The notes beneath the pieces are model-generated. The model searched no databases and was not told the DNA's origin. It was given only the letters and a program-made list of their open reading frames with translations. From Dongiaceae bacterium (GTDB taxonomy: Bacteria; Pseudomonadota; Alphaproteobacteria; SHNJ01), in contig JBFXCK010000002.1 in NCBI GenBank assembly GCA_050182275.1, positions 86,397 to 150,396 of the forward strand: a DNA stretch of 64,000 nucleotides. Reading direction: 5' to 3'. The position numbers and the translations under genes were made by a program. Every line of letters begins with the position of its first letter. Within the stretch, counting starts at the first letter, position 1. Below are positions 28,411 through 39,519 of this stretch, piece by piece.

Positions 28411-29187
28411 ATGCCGTCTTCAAAAGTCGTTGCCTATAAGAAAGAATCCATGTCCGCCAAATCCGCTTCCCCTTACGCCCGCGTTTTATTAAAGCTTTCC
28501 GGCGAGGTTTTGATGGGGAAGGGCGAATATGGCTTGAATCCCGAAACCGTGCAGCGCATCGCCAGCGAGATAAGCGAAGTCGCCAAGCTGGGCATTCAAG
28601 TATGTTTGGTGGTAGGCGGCGGGAATATTTTCCGCGGCGTTTCGGGGGCGGCGATGGGTATGGAACGCGCCTCGGCCGATTTTATGGGCATGTTGGCGAC
28701 CGTCATTAATGCGCTGGCTTTGCAAAATTCTTTGGAGCAAATGGGCACGCCGACGCGCGTGCAATCGGCCATTCATATGCCATCGGTGTGCGAGCCTTAT
28801 ATCCGCCGCCGCGCGATCCGCCATATGGAAAAGGGGCGGGTGGTGATTTTTGCGGCCGGCACCGGCAATCCCTTCTTTACCACCGATACGGCTGCCGCTT
28901 TGCGCGCCTCTGAAATCGGCGTCGATGTCATTATGAAAGGCACCAAGGTTGACGGGGTTTATTCCGCCGACCCTAAAAAAGACAAAAACGCCAGGCGGTA
29001 TGACCGTTTGAATTATTTGGAAGTGTTATCAAAGGATTTAAAGGTGATGGATGCTTCGGCTATTTCCCTGGCGCGCGAAAGCAAAATTCCCATTGCCGTA
29101 TTTTCGGTTGAAACGCCGGGTGCTTTCGTTCAGGTGGCGCAAGGCAAAGGCACTTTCACTTTGGTAACGGATGAGGCGAAGTCATGA
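28411..29187 (+). CDS. pyrH: Uridylate kinase
   Basis: [13 protein letters not shown]...GGGNIFRG motifs. The start may be the internal M at 28447. Confidence 0.93.
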   Translation: MPSSKVVAYKKESMSAKSASPYARVLLKLSGEVLMGKGEYGLNPETVQRIASEISEVAKLGIQVCLVVGGGNIFRGVSGAAMGMERASADFMGMLATVINALALQNSLEQMGTPTRVQSAIHMPSVCEPYIRRRAIRHMEKGRVVIFAAGTGNPFFTTDTAAALRASEIGVDVIMKGTKVDGVYSADPKKDKNARRYDRLNYLEVLSKDLKVMDASAISLARESKIPIAVFSVETPGAFVQVAQGKGTFTLVTDEAKS

Positions 29188-29729
29188 CAACAGCGACAAT
29201 CAATGAAGTCAAACAAAAGATGGATTCGGCGATCGAAGTATTCAAGAAAGAATTGGGCGGTTTGCGCACGGGACGCGCCAGCCCGTCGATGCTGGAACCG
29301 GTCATGGTCGAAGCCTATGGCTCTGTAATGCCCATCACCCAGGTCGGCAACATCAACGTGCCCGAAGCGCGGCTTATTACCGTGCAGGTGTGGGATGCCG
29401 GTTTGGTTTCTGCCGTTGAAAAAGGCATCCGCGAGGCGAATCTGGGCTTAAATCCGCAAAGCGATGGCAATATCGTTCGTGTTCGCCTGCCCGATTTAAG
29501 CCAGGAACGCCGCGCCGAATTGACAAAGATCGCCGGCAAATATGCCGAAGCGGCGCGGGTGGCCGTGCGCAATGTCCGCCGCGATGGCATGGATATGCTG
29601 AAAAAAATCAAGCCGCCGGAAGATGAAGCCAAGCGCCTAGAAAAAGAAATTCAAACTTTGACCGACAATCATGTAAAAAAAATCGATGAAATGGTGCAGG
29701 CAAAAGAAAAAGAAATACTGCAAGTTTAA
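29184..29729 (+). CDS. frr: Ribosome recycling factor
   Basis: 181 aa. Canonical Frr sequence. Confidence 0.95.
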   Translation: MTTATINEVKQKMDSAIEVFKKELGGLRTGRASPSMLEPVMVEAYGSVMPITQVGNINVPEARLITVQVWDAGLVSAVEKGIREANLGLNPQSDGNIVRVRLPDLSQERRAELTKIAGKYAEAARVAVRNVRRDGMDMLKKIKPPEDEAKRLEKEIQTLTDNHVKKIDEMVQAKEKEILQV

Positions 29730-29783
29730 TCCGGCATGGCGCCATCCCCGCCAAAGCGGGTATGGCGAAAAGAAAGAAAAGAA

Positions 29784-30500
29784 ATGCAACAACATAATGC
29801 TTCCCCTCAACACGTTGCGATTATTATGGACGGCAATGGCCGCTGGGCCCGCCGTCAAGGGCTGCCATCGGCCTTAGGCCATCAACGCGGGGCCGAGGCG
29901 GTGCGTCATGCGATTAAAGCCGCGATTACCGCAGGAGTGCCTTATTTAACTTTATTTGGTTTTTCTTCCGAAAATTGGTCGCGTCCCGCCGAGGAAGTCG
30001 AGGCGCTTTTAAGTTTGCTGCGCCGCTATTTGAAAAGCGAAACGGTGGAATTGCAAACGCAAGGCATTCAATTGAAAGTCATTGGCGAAAGGCACCGTTT
30101 CCCGGCCGACATTGTCGCGATGATCGAGCAGGCCGAACAATTAACGCGCGATAATTCCAAATTACATTTAACTTTGGCGCTGAATTATGGCGGCCGGGCC
30201 GAAATCGCCGCGGCTTGCCGCCGCATCGCGCGCCTTGTGGCGGAAGGCGAATTGCGCGCCGCTGCTGTTAATGAAACCCATGTCGCGGCGCATTTGGATA
30301 CGGCAGGCATGCCCGATCCCGATTTGATCATCCGCACTAGCGGGGAGCAGCGTTTATCGAACTTCCTATTATGGCAGGCGGCCTATGCCGAATTTGTGTT
30401 CCTCGATATTTTATGGCCGGAATTTAACGCCGAGCATTTTACACAAGCCCTAGAAGCCTTCCATGGGCGGGAGCGGCGCTATGGCGCTCGCGCTTCTTAA
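29784..30500 (+). CDS. uppS: Undecaprenyl pyrophosphate synthase
   Basis: HVAIIMDGNGRWA motif. The ORF track starts at 29736, but an internal M is preferred. Confidence 0.88.
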   Translation: MQQHNASPQHVAIIMDGNGRWARRQGLPSALGHQRGAEAVRHAIKAAITAGVPYLTLFGFSSENWSRPAEEVEALLSLLRRYLKSETVELQTQGIQLKVIGERHRFPADIVAMIEQAEQLTRDNSKLHLTLALNYGGRAEIAAACRRIARLVAEGELRAAAVNETHVAAHLDTAGMPDPDLIIRTSGEQRLSNFLLWQAAYAEFVFLDILWPEFNAEHFTQALEAFHGRERRYGARAS

Positions 30501-31170
30501 AGAAATTACATCAAAAATTCCTTCTAACCCGTTGGTTTTAAGGGTTTTGTCGGCAATAATCTTAATTCCGCTTGCTTTGGCCACGCTTTATTTTGGCGGC
30601 ATTGCTTGGATCGCGTTCTTATTGATTATCGCGTTTGCCATGTCCTATGAATGGGGCAAGCTGGCCAAGAAAAACCCGGTATGGCTTGGAATCGGTTTGC
30701 TATGGACGATTTTGCCGGTATTCAGCGCGCTTTATTTGCGCTTGCTGGTCGAGGATGGTTTTTTCCTCCTTATGTGGGTTTTGGCGGTGGTGTGGGCGAC
30801 CGATACGGCGGCTTTTTTTGTGGGGCGTAAATTGCAAGGCCCAAAATTGGCGCCGCACATCAGCCCCAATAAAACCTGGTCGGGGGCGATTGGCGGTTTA
30901 TTGATTGCCACCATCGTCGGCGGCTATTTAGGCCATGAATGGGGCGGACGCTGGATAATTATATTGACGCTGGCGCTGTTATTTTCGATCCTGGGCCAGG
31001 CAGGCGATTTGGTGGAATCCGCCCTCAAGCGCCATTTTGGGGTAAAAGACACCGGACAATTAATTCCGGGCCATGGCGGCGCTTTGGATCGCACCGATAG
31101 TTTAATATTCACCCTGCCTTTGGCGGCATGGCTGTGTTTATTGGCTGAAACCAGTTTTTTGAATTGGTAA
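30463..31170 (+). CDS. cdsA: Phosphatidate cytidylyltransferase
   Basis: Multi-TM protein with the C-terminal CDS signature region. Overlaps the uppS 3' end, so the true start may be a few codons in. Confidence 0.85.
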   Translation: MGGSGAMALALLKEITSKIPSNPLVLRVLSAIILIPLALATLYFGGIAWIAFLLIIAFAMSYEWGKLAKKNPVWLGIGLLWTILPVFSALYLRLLVEDGFFLLMWVLAVVWATDTAAFFVGRKLQGPKLAPHISPNKTWSGAIGGLLIATIVGGYLGHEWGGRWIIILTLALLFSILGQAGDLVESALKRHFGVKDTGQLIPGHGGALDRTDSLIFTLPLAAWLCLLAETSFLNW

Positions 31171-31174
31171 AAAA

Positions 31175-32347
31175 ATGAAAAAACGCGTCAGTATTTTCGG
31201 GGTAACCGGGTGCATCGGTCAAAAAACGGCGGAATTAATCGATGAAAATCTTGCCGCCTATGATGTTATCGCAATCAGCGCGCAAAAAAACGCCGCCGGT
31301 TTAATTGATGCGGCCAAGCGTTTAAAGCCGCAATTCGCCGTGATTGGCGATGAAAATCTATATGCCCATGTCAAAACCGCGCTGAGCGCGTCAAGCACCA
31401 AGGTTTTAGCGGGTGAAACGGGTTTACTCGAGGCGGCAAAGCAACCAACCGATTGGCTGATGGCGGCGATCGTGGGTGTCGCCGGGCTTAAGCCAATGAT
31501 TGCGGCCTTACCGCACACCAAGGCGATTGCGTTGGCGAATAAAGAAGCGCTGGTGGCGGGGGGGAATATTTTTCTACATGAAGCCGCCAAGCACGGCGTG
31601 CAGCTAATTCCAACCGATTCCGAGCATAGCGGGCTCTTTCAATTATTGCAGGGCGTTAAAAAACAGGCGGTGCGGAAATTAATTTTAACCGCTTCGGGCG
31701 GGCCGTTTCGCGACTCGACATTAAAAGAGATGGCGCAGGCAACGCCGGCTCAGGCGCTTCGCCACCCAACTTGGAAAATGGGCGATAAAATTTCAGTTGA
31801 TTCAGCCACCATGATGAATAAAGGCCTGGAAGTTATCGAGGCGCATTATTTATTTGGCTTTGATCCGGCAAAGATCGAAGTGTTGCTGCATTATGAATCA
31901 ATTATTCACGCCATGCTGCAATTGGAAGATGGCACTGCCTTATCCCAAATGGCGGTAACCGATATGAAGGCGCCGATTGCCTATGCCTTGCATTGGCCGG
32001 AAACTTATCATTATCCGGGGGGTGGCCTGGATTTCGCCAAGCTTGGCCGGTTCACCTTTGCCGCACCGGATGAGGAGCGTTTTCCTGCATTGCGCCTCAG
32101 CCGTAGCGCATTGGAAGCAGGGCCTGCTTCTATCATTGTGTTAAACGCCGCCAACGAAATCGCGGTGGAAAGATTTTTAAACGGTGAAATCGGCTTTTTA
32201 GACATCGTCCGCTTGGTGGAGACAAGCCTTGGCCGTAAGCAGAATATTTCTCCACAGCGTCTGGAAGACGTTCAAGAAATTGATACAGAAGCCCGGATTT
32301 ATGCTAAGGAATGGCAATTGCCGGTGCGTCTGGCAATGGCGATGTAA
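31175..32347 (+). CDS. dxr: 1-deoxy-D-xylulose 5-phosphate reductoisomerase
   Basis: N-terminal NADPH-binding region IFGVTGCIGQ. 390 aa. Confidence 0.92.
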   Translation: MKKRVSIFGVTGCIGQKTAELIDENLAAYDVIAISAQKNAAGLIDAAKRLKPQFAVIGDENLYAHVKTALSASSTKVLAGETGLLEAAKQPTDWLMAAIVGVAGLKPMIAALPHTKAIALANKEALVAGGNIFLHEAAKHGVQLIPTDSEHSGLFQLLQGVKKQAVRKLILTASGGPFRDSTLKEMAQATPAQALRHPTWKMGDKISVDSATMMNKGLEVIEAHYLFGFDPAKIEVLLHYESIIHAMLQLEDGTALSQMAVTDMKAPIAYALHWPETYHYPGGGLDFAKLGRFTFAAPDEERFPALRLSRSALEAGPASIIVLNAANEIAVERFLNGEIGFLDIVRLVETSLGRKQNISPQRLEDVQEIDTEARIYAKEWQLPVRLAMAM

Positions 32348-32369
32348 CATTTTGTCTAGGGTTTAAAGA

Positions 32370-33527
32370 ATGTCTTTCGATTTTTCCGCCTTATTGCCCG
32401 GTTTAGCGCAAGGTGTGTGGGGATATTTCATCCCCTTTGTGCTGGTGCTCACCATTTTGGTGTTTGTGCATGAATGGGGCCATTATTTTATCGCGCGGCT
32501 GTGCGGCGTCCGGGTTGAAATTTTTTCCATCGGTTTTGGCCGCGAGATTTTCGGCTGGAACGATAGCCATGGCACACGCTGGAAATTCTCGCTTATTCCC
32601 TTAGGCGGCTATGTCAAAATGTTCGGCGATATGGATGTGGCTTCATCGCGCGCTAATCAGCGCGACTATAGCGAGGAAGAAAAGAAAGTCGCTTTCCCTT
32701 TTAAAACCACCGGCCAGCGGGCGGCGATTGTAGCGGCCGGGCCATTGGCGAATTTCTTATTTGCTTTGGTCGTTTTGGCCGGCTTGTTCATGGCGGTGGG
32801 GCAGCCTTTTACCGCGCCGGTCGTGGATAAAGTAATCCCGAACAGCGCTGCTTCCAAGGCCGGGGTTTTACCTGGCGACCGGATTATCACGATTGACGGC
32901 AGCGCGGTTGAACGGTTCGAACAAATTCAGCGCTGGGTGCAAAGAAGCCCGGGCGAGCAAATGCTGTTCGACATTTTGCGCAAAGAAAAAATGATTCAGT
33001 TAAAAATCGTTCCCGAAGTGGGCGAATTAACCGACCGTTTCGGCGGCAAGCATCAAATCGGCAAAATGGGCATTAGCAGCGGCAAGGTCGATTATATTAA
33101 GCATGGGCTTGGCGGCGCTTTGGTTCAATCGGTCAAGGAAACTTACGACATTTGCGCCGCTACCTTAAAAGCGGTGGGGCAAATGATTATGGGTTTGCGC
33201 AGCGCCGATGATTTGGGCGGGCCGCTTCGCATTGCCGAAATGTCGGGCAAGGCGGCGCAGGAAGATATAGCCATGCTATTTATGCTGATGGCGATGCTGT
33301 CGATTAATTTGGGCCTGCTCAATCTTTTTCCCATACCTTTGCTGGATGGGGGGCATCTGGTGTTTTACGCCGTTGAAATGGTGCGTGGCAAACCGGCCGA
33401 TCACCGCCTGCAAACCTTAAGTTCTATGGTGGGGCTTGCCCTGGTGTTGATGCTCATGGTATTCGCAACCTGGAACGACTTGGTTCATCTCAACGTAGTA
33501 TCTTACGTTAAATCGCTTTTCAGCTAA
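32370..33527 (+). CDS. rseP: RseP-type zinc metalloprotease (site-2 protease)
   Basis: HEWGHYFIARLCGV HExxH motif. PDZ domain. C-terminal LDGG motif. Confidence 0.9.
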   Translation: MSFDFSALLPGLAQGVWGYFIPFVLVLTILVFVHEWGHYFIARLCGVRVEIFSIGFGREIFGWNDSHGTRWKFSLIPLGGYVKMFGDMDVASSRANQRDYSEEEKKVAFPFKTTGQRAAIVAAGPLANFLFALVVLAGLFMAVGQPFTAPVVDKVIPNSAASKAGVLPGDRIITIDGSAVERFEQIQRWVQRSPGEQMLFDILRKEKMIQLKIVPEVGELTDRFGGKHQIGKMGISSGKVDYIKHGLGGALVQSVKETYDICAATLKAVGQMIMGLRSADDLGGPLRIAEMSGKAAQEDIAMLFMLMAMLSINLGLLNLFPIPLLDGGHLVFYAVEMVRGKPADHRLQTLSSMVGLALVLMLMVFATWNDLVHLNVVSYVKSLFS

Positions 33528-33536
33528 GGATTCACT

Positions 33537-35807
33537 TTGCCGCGTTTTACGTCTTTCTTTCTGTTGCTGGCGTTTGTGTTGCTTCATGCCCCTTTGGCAC
33601 GGGCGCAATTTTCGTCGAATATAATTCAAGCTATTCAGGTCGAAGGCGTGGAGCGGATCGATAGCCTGACGGTGAAATCTTATATGGGCATCAAGGCGGG
33701 CGATGAATTTAGCGCCGAAAATCTGGACCAAGCCTTAAAAAATCTTTTTAACACCGGCCTATTCGCCGATGTGCGCCTGAACAGGATGGATGGCACGTTG
33801 GTGGTGGAAGTCAAAGAAAATCCTGTCGTTAACCGCTTGGCGTTCGAAGGCAATAAAAAAATCGAGCTTGATACGCTGAAAAACGAAGTACAGCTAAAGC
33901 CACGCATGGTATTCACCCGCGCCAGGGTGCAGGCCGATGTTGACCGCCTGCTCACCTTGTACCGCCGCAGCGGGCGCTTTGGCGCGACCGTCGAGCCTAA
34001 GATTATTCAACTGCCGCAAAACCGGGTCGACTTGGTGTTTGAAATCAGCGAGGGGGCGGTGACCAAGGTTGGGCGCATTAATTTTATCGGCAACCGCAAA
34101 TTCAGCGCCGGAACCTTGCGCAGCGAAATCGCCACCAAGGAATCGGCCTGGTACCGTTTTTTCAGCTCTTCCGATTCTTACGATCCCGACCGCTTGAATG
34201 CCGACCGCGAACTCTTGCGCCGCTTTTATTTGCGAAATGGGTATGTCGATTTCAGGGTGCTGTCTTCCGTGGCCGAACTCACCCCCGCGAAAAACGCTTT
34301 CATTATTACTTTTACGGTTGATGAGGGCAACCGGTATAAGGTTGGCGATATCGAATTAAAAAGCGATTTGAAAAACTTAAAGGTTGACGTATTAAAAGAT
34401 CAAATCGCGCTTGAAAAGGGCGAATGGTATGACGCCGGGTTGGTCGATAAAACCATTGCTAACCTTACCAATGCCGCAGGCGATCAAGGATTTGCGTTTG
34501 TCGATGTACAAGCCCAGCCCACCCAGCGCCGGGAAAGCAAAACCATCGATTTCACTTTTAACATTCAAGAAGGCAGCCGGGTTTTTATTGAGCGCATCAA
34601 TATCAGCGGCAATGTGCGAACCTTGGACGAAGTAATCCGCCGCGAGTTCCGTGTGGCCGAGGGCGACGCCTATAACGTTTCCAAAGTCCGCCAGGCGCGT
34701 CAAAAGATTCAAGATTTGGGTTTCTTTGAAAAAGTTGAAGTCACCAATGAGCCGGGCGCTGCCCCCGACCGCACGCAAATCAATGTGGAAGTAGAAGAAA
34801 AGTCGACCGGCGAACTTTCCTTTGGCGCTGGCTTCTCAACCAGCGACAAAGTGGTAGGCGATATCCGTTTGCGCGAGCGTAATTTATTGGGTAAGGGGCA
34901 GGATTTGCGCCTGGCCACTACGCTTTCCACGCGGCGCACCGAATTCGACATTGGCTTCACCGAGCCTTATTTCTTAGATCGCAAACTTGCCGCCGGTTTT
35001 GATCTATTCCATTTGACCCGCGATTTTCAGTCGGAAAGCGGTTATGATGAACGGCGCAGCGGCGGATCTTTGCGCATGCGCTATGATATTAGCGAACGGC
35101 TTAATCAAGAAGTGCGCTATGGCTATAAGCAAGTTGACGTGCGTAATGTAAAGCCCTTTGCTTCCCGCTTTATTCGCGATCAGGAAGGGGTGAATACCAC
35201 TTCTTCGGTGGGGCAAACCCTGCTCTATGACCGCCGGGACAGCCGGATTGATCCAACCAACGGGTATTATGTAAGATTTGGGCTCGATGTGGCCGGCCTA
35301 GGCGGCGATTCGCAATATATCAAACCCGAACTGGGCGCGGGCTATTATTACCCCTTAGGCGAAAATACGGTAGTATCCTTGCTGGGGAATGCCGGATTGG
35401 TAGAAGGAATTGGCAAAAATGTGCTGATTACCGACCGCTATTTCCTTGGCGGCTCCTCTTTCCGGGGATTTAGGATTGCCGGTATCGGCCCCCGCGACCG
35501 CTCGACAGAAGACGCTTTAGGCGGTAAATATTATGCCAAAGGCACGACCGAGATAACTTTTCCTCTTGGTTTACCGGCAGAACTCGGTATCTTAGGCTCG
35601 CTCTTTAGCGATTTTGGGACCCTAACCGGCCTGGATGAGGAAGATGCGAATGTTGAGGACACGGGTAAAATCCGTGTTTCGGTGGGGGCAGGATTATCGT
35701 GGCGCTCGCCTTTCGGTCCAATCCGCATTGATATGGCGGTGCCGTTGATCGAAGAGGAAGGCGACAAGCGGGAATTCTTCCAGTTTAATTTTGGTACTCG
35801 TTTCTAA
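33537..35807 (+). CDS. bamA: Outer membrane protein assembly factor BamA
   Basis: Signal peptide, POTRA repeats, and a C-terminal beta-barrel ending in F. 756 aa. Confidence 0.93.
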   Translation: MPRFTSFFLLLAFVLLHAPLARAQFSSNIIQAIQVEGVERIDSLTVKSYMGIKAGDEFSAENLDQALKNLFNTGLFADVRLNRMDGTLVVEVKENPVVNRLAFEGNKKIELDTLKNEVQLKPRMVFTRARVQADVDRLLTLYRRSGRFGATVEPKIIQLPQNRVDLVFEISEGAVTKVGRINFIGNRKFSAGTLRSEIATKESAWYRFFSSSDSYDPDRLNADRELLRRFYLRNGYVDFRVLSSVAELTPAKNAFIITFTVDEGNRYKVGDIELKSDLKNLKVDVLKDQIALEKGEWYDAGLVDKTIANLTNAAGDQGFAFVDVQAQPTQRRESKTIDFTFNIQEGSRVFIERINISGNVRTLDEVIRREFRVAEGDAYNVSKVRQARQKIQDLGFFEKVEVTNEPGAAPDRTQINVEVEEKSTGELSFGAGFSTSDKVVGDIRLRERNLLGKGQDLRLATTLSTRRTEFDIGFTEPYFLDRKLAAGFDLFHLTRDFQSESGYDERRSGGSLRMRYDISERLNQEVRYGYKQVDVRNVKPFASRFIRDQEGVNTTSSVGQTLLYDRRDSRIDPTNGYYVRFGLDVAGLGGDSQYIKPELGAGYYYPLGENTVVSLLGNAGLVEGIGKNVLITDRYFLGGSSFRGFRIAGIGPRDRSTEDALGGKYYAKGTTEITFPLGLPAELGILGSLFSDFGTLTGLDEEDANVEDTGKIRVSVGAGLSWRSPFGPIRIDMAVPLIEEEGDKREFFQFNFGTRF

Positions 35808-35829
35808 ACAAGGATAAAGGAAGGTCAGT

Positions 35830-36411
35830 ATGTTTATGCGTTTCGCGGTATGTGTGTTTTTGGCGGTTATGGCGGTTCAACCGGCGGTGCTGGCGGCGGA
35901 AACGCCAGCTACAGCCACGGCCAAGCCGATGAGCATGGCGGTGCTCGATGTCCAGCAAATTCAGCGTGACAGCAAGGCTGGTAAGAACATCCAAGGCCAA
36001 GTGGAAAAATTACTAAAATCTTTTCAAGATGAATTCGCCAAGCAGGAAGAAAAACTGCATGCCGAAGACCAAGAATTGACCAAGTTGCGTTCCACGCTTT
36101 CGCCGGAAGAATTTGGCAAGCGCCAAGCGGCTTTTCAGGAAAAAGTGATTAAGGCGCAACGCGCCGCGCAAAAAAAGCGCCGTCAATTGGAGGAAGGCAT
36201 TAACACCGCCCGCCAGCAATTGGAAAACAGCATCGTTGAAGTGGTTGGCAAAATCGCCGAACAGCGCAATTTGACGGTAGTGCTGGCCCGCAACCAAGTA
36301 TTCTTGGCGCAAAAGAGCATTGATATCACCAAGGAAGTCGTCGCCGGCGTGGATGCTAAAGTGCAATCGATTCCGGTGAAGATTACCGAAATTAAAGAAA
36401 CAAAGGGCTAA
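35830..36411 (+). CDS. skp: OmpH/Skp periplasmic chaperone
   Basis: Signal peptide followed by a coiled-coil, Lys/Gln/Glu-rich body. Conserved position between bamA and lpxD. Confidence 0.8.
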   Translation: MFMRFAVCVFLAVMAVQPAVLAAETPATATAKPMSMAVLDVQQIQRDSKAGKNIQGQVEKLLKSFQDEFAKQEEKLHAEDQELTKLRSTLSPEEFGKRQAAFQEKVIKAQRAAQKKRRQLEEGINTARQQLENSIVEVVGKIAEQRNLTVVLARNQVFLAQKSIDITKEVVAGVDAKVQSIPVKITEIKETKG

Positions 36412-36436
36412 GACACCAACTTTAAGGGAGAAGGAT

Positions 36437-37468
36437 ATGGCGGATCCGCGCTTTTTTACCCGGGCGGGGCCGTTTACATTGGCAGAGCTGGCCAAACGTT
36501 CAAACGCCGCTTTAAGCAGCGCGGCTGATCCTGAACGCCAGTTCATCGACGTCGCGCCGCTGGACGAGGCCGGGCCCGACCAAGTCAGCTTTCTCGATAA
36601 CCCAAAATATTTAGATGCTTTTTTGGTCAGCCAGGCCGGCGCGTGCGTGGTATCGCCCGGCTATGCCGGCAAGGCGCCGCCGGCAATGGATTTATTGATT
36701 GCCAAGGAACCCTATAAGGCCTATGCGTTAATCGCGCAGGCCTTCTATCCGCCGGAAACTTTTAAGCCGGGAATTGATAAGACCGCACTAATCGATCCTA
36801 GCGCCAAAATCGGTAAAGATTGTTATATCGGCGCCTATGTGGTGATCGGGGCGAAGGCGGAAATCGGCGCGCGCTGCCGGATCGAAGCGCAAAGCACAAT
36901 CGGCCCTGGCGTTGTAATCGGCGATGAGTGCGTGGTTGGCGTCAATTCCACCATTACTCATGCGATTATCGGCAAAAGAAGCATCATTTATACCGGCGTT
37001 CGAATTGGGCAAAGCGGTTTTGGTTTTGCGCCCGATGCCCAAGGTCCGGTCAAGGTGCCGCAGCTAGGGCGTGTTATAATTGGCGATGATGTTGAGGTGG
37101 GCGCTAATGCCGCTATCGACCGGGGCAGCGCCGGGGATACCGTTATTGGCCCTGGCTGTATGATCGATAATTTGGTGCAAATCGGCCATAATGTTAAGCT
37201 AGGCCGCGGCTGTGTGGTGGTGGCGCAAGTAGGGATTGCAGGCTCTACGATTTTGGAAGATTATGTCATGCTCGGCGGCCAGGCGGGTATTGCCGGTCAT
37301 ATTAAGCTTGGCCGGGGCGCTAAGGTAGCGGGCAAGTCGGGCGTCATGCGTGATGTCGAGCCGGGCGCCGCAGTTGGCGGCATTCCCGCCGTATCCATGC
37401 GCCAATGGCACCGGCAAACCGCGGCGGTGCAGCATTTGATAAATAGTAAAAAGCCAGTTGAGGAATAG
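36437..37468 (+). CDS. lpxD: UDP-3-O-acylglucosamine N-acyltransferase
   Basis: Left-handed beta-helix hexapeptide repeats. 343 aa. Conserved cluster position. Confidence 0.93.
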   Translation: MADPRFFTRAGPFTLAELAKRSNAALSSAADPERQFIDVAPLDEAGPDQVSFLDNPKYLDAFLVSQAGACVVSPGYAGKAPPAMDLLIAKEPYKAYALIAQAFYPPETFKPGIDKTALIDPSAKIGKDCYIGAYVVIGAKAEIGARCRIEAQSTIGPGVVIGDECVVGVNSTITHAIIGKRSIIYTGVRIGQSGFGFAPDAQGPVKVPQLGRVIIGDDVEVGANAAIDRGSAGDTVIGPGCMIDNLVQIGHNVKLGRGCVVVAQVGIAGSTILEDYVMLGGQAGIAGHIKLGRGAKVAGKSGVMRDVEPGAAVGGIPAVSMRQWHRQTAAVQHLINSKKPVEE

Positions 37469-37470
37469 TA

Positions 37471-37920
37471 ATGACCAAAATCGATATGCTTGACGTTAAT
37501 CGTATTAAGGAAATGATCCCGCATCGTTATCCGATGCTGATGATCGACCGCGTGCTTGATTTAGTGCCCGGCGAAAGCGCGATCGGCATTAAAAACGTTA
37601 CCGCCAATGAGCCGTTTTTCCAAGGGCATTTTCCGCAGCGCCCCGTGATGCCGGGAGTGCTGATTATTGAGGCCATGGCGCAAACCGCAGCGGTGCTGGT
37701 CGTACATACGCTGGGCAAGCAAGCCGAAGGAAAATTGGTTTATTTTATGACGGTGGATGAAGCGCGTTTCAGGAAACCTGTGGCGCCGGGCGATCAATTG
37801 AAGGTTCATGTGCAAAAAGAACGCAGCCGCGGCAATGTATGGCGTTTTAAGGGCGAGGCCAAAGTGGGCGATGTGTTAGTGGCGGAAGCAATTTATTCGG
37901 CGATGATTCTGGATGAGTAA
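37471..37920 (+). CDS. fabZ: 3-hydroxyacyl-ACP dehydratase
   Basis: [19 protein letters not shown] hot-dog motif. Confidence 0.95.
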   Translation: MTKIDMLDVNRIKEMIPHRYPMLMIDRVLDLVPGESAIGIKNVTANEPFFQGHFPQRPVMPGVLIIEAMAQTAAVLVVHTLGKQAEGKLVYFMTVDEARFRKPVAPGDQLKVHVQKERSRGNVWRFKGEAKVGDVLVAEAIYSAMILDE

Positions 37921-38713
37921 CATTCACCCAACCGCACTTGTGGCAAAGGGCGCCAGGCTTGGCGCCGATGTAAAAATCGGCCCCTATTGCACCATTGGCG
38001 CCGATGTGACATTGGGCGATGGAGTTACGTTAATCAGCCATGTGGTGATCGATGGGTTAACCACCATCGGCAAGGGTACCACAATTTATCCTTTCGCCGT
38101 GCTGGGCACGCCGCCGCAAGATTTAAAATTCAAGGGCGAAAAATCACGCCTTGAAATTGGCGCGAATAATATTATCCGCGAACATGTCACCATGAATCCG
38201 GGCACCGAGGGTGGCGGGTTGCTAACCAAAGTGGGCGATCATTGCTTATTCATGGTTGGCGTGCATGTGGCGCATGATTGCAAAATTGGCGACCATGTCA
38301 TTATGGCGAATAATGCAACTTTGGCCGGGCATGTGCAAATCGGCAATTATGCGATTATTGGCGGGCTTTCGGCGGTGCATCAGTTTGTGCGCATCGGCGC
38401 GCATGCCATGATCGGCGGCATGTCGGGCGTGGAAAACGACGTGATACCTTACGGTTCGGTCATGGGCGAGCGCGCCAGGCTTTCCGGGCTTAATATAGTC
38501 GGTCTCAAACGCCGTGGCTTTGAACGGGAGGCGATTCATGCGCTTCGTAACGCCTATCGCCTCATGTTCGCGCCGGAAGGCACATTGGCCGAGCGCTTGG
38601 AAGATGTCGCCAATACTTTCAAAGACAATCCCGCTGTTATTGATATTATTAAATTCATTCAATCCGATTCCTCGCGGGCGATTTGCCAGCCTAAAGACGC
38701 GAATGCCGCATGA
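37913..38713 (+). CDS. lpxA: UDP-N-acetylglucosamine O-acyltransferase
   Basis: Hexapeptide repeats with a C-terminal helical domain. 266 aa. Confidence 0.95.
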   Translation: MSNIHPTALVAKGARLGADVKIGPYCTIGADVTLGDGVTLISHVVIDGLTTIGKGTTIYPFAVLGTPPQDLKFKGEKSRLEIGANNIIREHVTMNPGTEGGGLLTKVGDHCLFMVGVHVAHDCKIGDHVIMANNATLAGHVQIGNYAIIGGLSAVHQFVRIGAHAMIGGMSGVENDVIPYGSVMGERARLSGLNIVGLKRRGFEREAIHALRNAYRLMFAPEGTLAERLEDVANTFKDNPAVIDIIKFIQSDSSRAICQPKDANAA

Positions 38714-39519
38714 GCAAGCTTGGAATTATCGCCGGTTCCGGCAAATTGCCGCAAAATGTCGCTAAAGCCGCGCAAGATCAGGGTTGCGAGGTTTTTGTGG
38801 TGGCGCTCGAAGGCCAAACCGATGAATTATGGCTTTCTTCTTTTCCGCATGGTTGGCACAAGCTGGGCCAGGTGCAAAAAGTTTTCGACAGTTTAAAAAA
38901 CAACGGCGTCGATGAGGTTATTTTGATCGGTGCGGTCAAGCGCCCCTCGGTTTTTCAATTGGGCCTTGATGCTCGCGCTACCAAAATCGTTTCCAAACAT
39001 GGCATGGATATTTTCAAGGGCGATGATGCGCTGTTGCGGGTCTTGATGAATGAGCTGGAGGGCGAAGGTTTTAAAGTGCGCGCCGCCAATGATTTTTTAG
39101 ATACTACGGCGCCTTTGGGCGTTTTGGGCCAACATCAGCCCGATGATTTAGCCCAGCAAGACATAAAACGCGGAGTTGAGATTTTACACAGCTTGGCCCC
39201 CCATGATGTGGGGCAGGCGGTTGTGGTGCAACAAGGCATGGTCTTGGGAATCGAGGCGGCCGAAGGAACCGATGGCCTGCTGGAGCGCGTTAAAAAATTA
39301 AAACGCGATGGCGCAGGCGGCATAGTGGTGAAACTTTTTAAAACTACTCAGGATAAACGCGCGGATGTGCCCACCGTCGGCCCCGGCACTGTTGAAAAAG
39401 CGCACAGCGCCGGTTTACGCGGCATCGCCTTTAGCGCCGGCAAGACGCAATTGGTGGATCAAGAAGAATTAATCGAAAAGGCCAATAAATTGGGGCTGTT
39501 TTTGGTCGGTATTAAATAA
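38710..39519 (+). CDS. lpxI: UDP-2,3-diacylglucosamine pyrophosphatase LpxI (DUF1009)
   Basis: N-terminal [11 protein letters not shown] motif. Conserved alphaproteobacterial position downstream of lpxA. Confidence 0.8.
   Translation: MSKLGIIAGSGKLPQNVAKAAQDQGCEVFVVALEGQTDELWLSSFPHGWHKLGQVQKVFDSLKNNGVDEVILIGAVKRPSVFQLGLDARATKIVSKHGMDIFKGDDALLRVLMNELEGEGFKVRAANDFLDTTAPLGVLGQHQPDDLAQQDIKRGVEILHSLAPHDVGQAVVVQQGMVLGIEAAEGTDGLLERVKKLKRDGAGGIVVKLFKTTQDKRADVPTVGPGTVEKAHSAGLRGIAFSAGKTQLVDQEELIEKANKLGLFLVGIK

Noticed and set aside
38710-39519. Absence of lpxB after lpxI, with gltX convergent there instead
   Set aside because: lpxB is most likely located elsewhere in the genome. This is not evidence of pathway loss.
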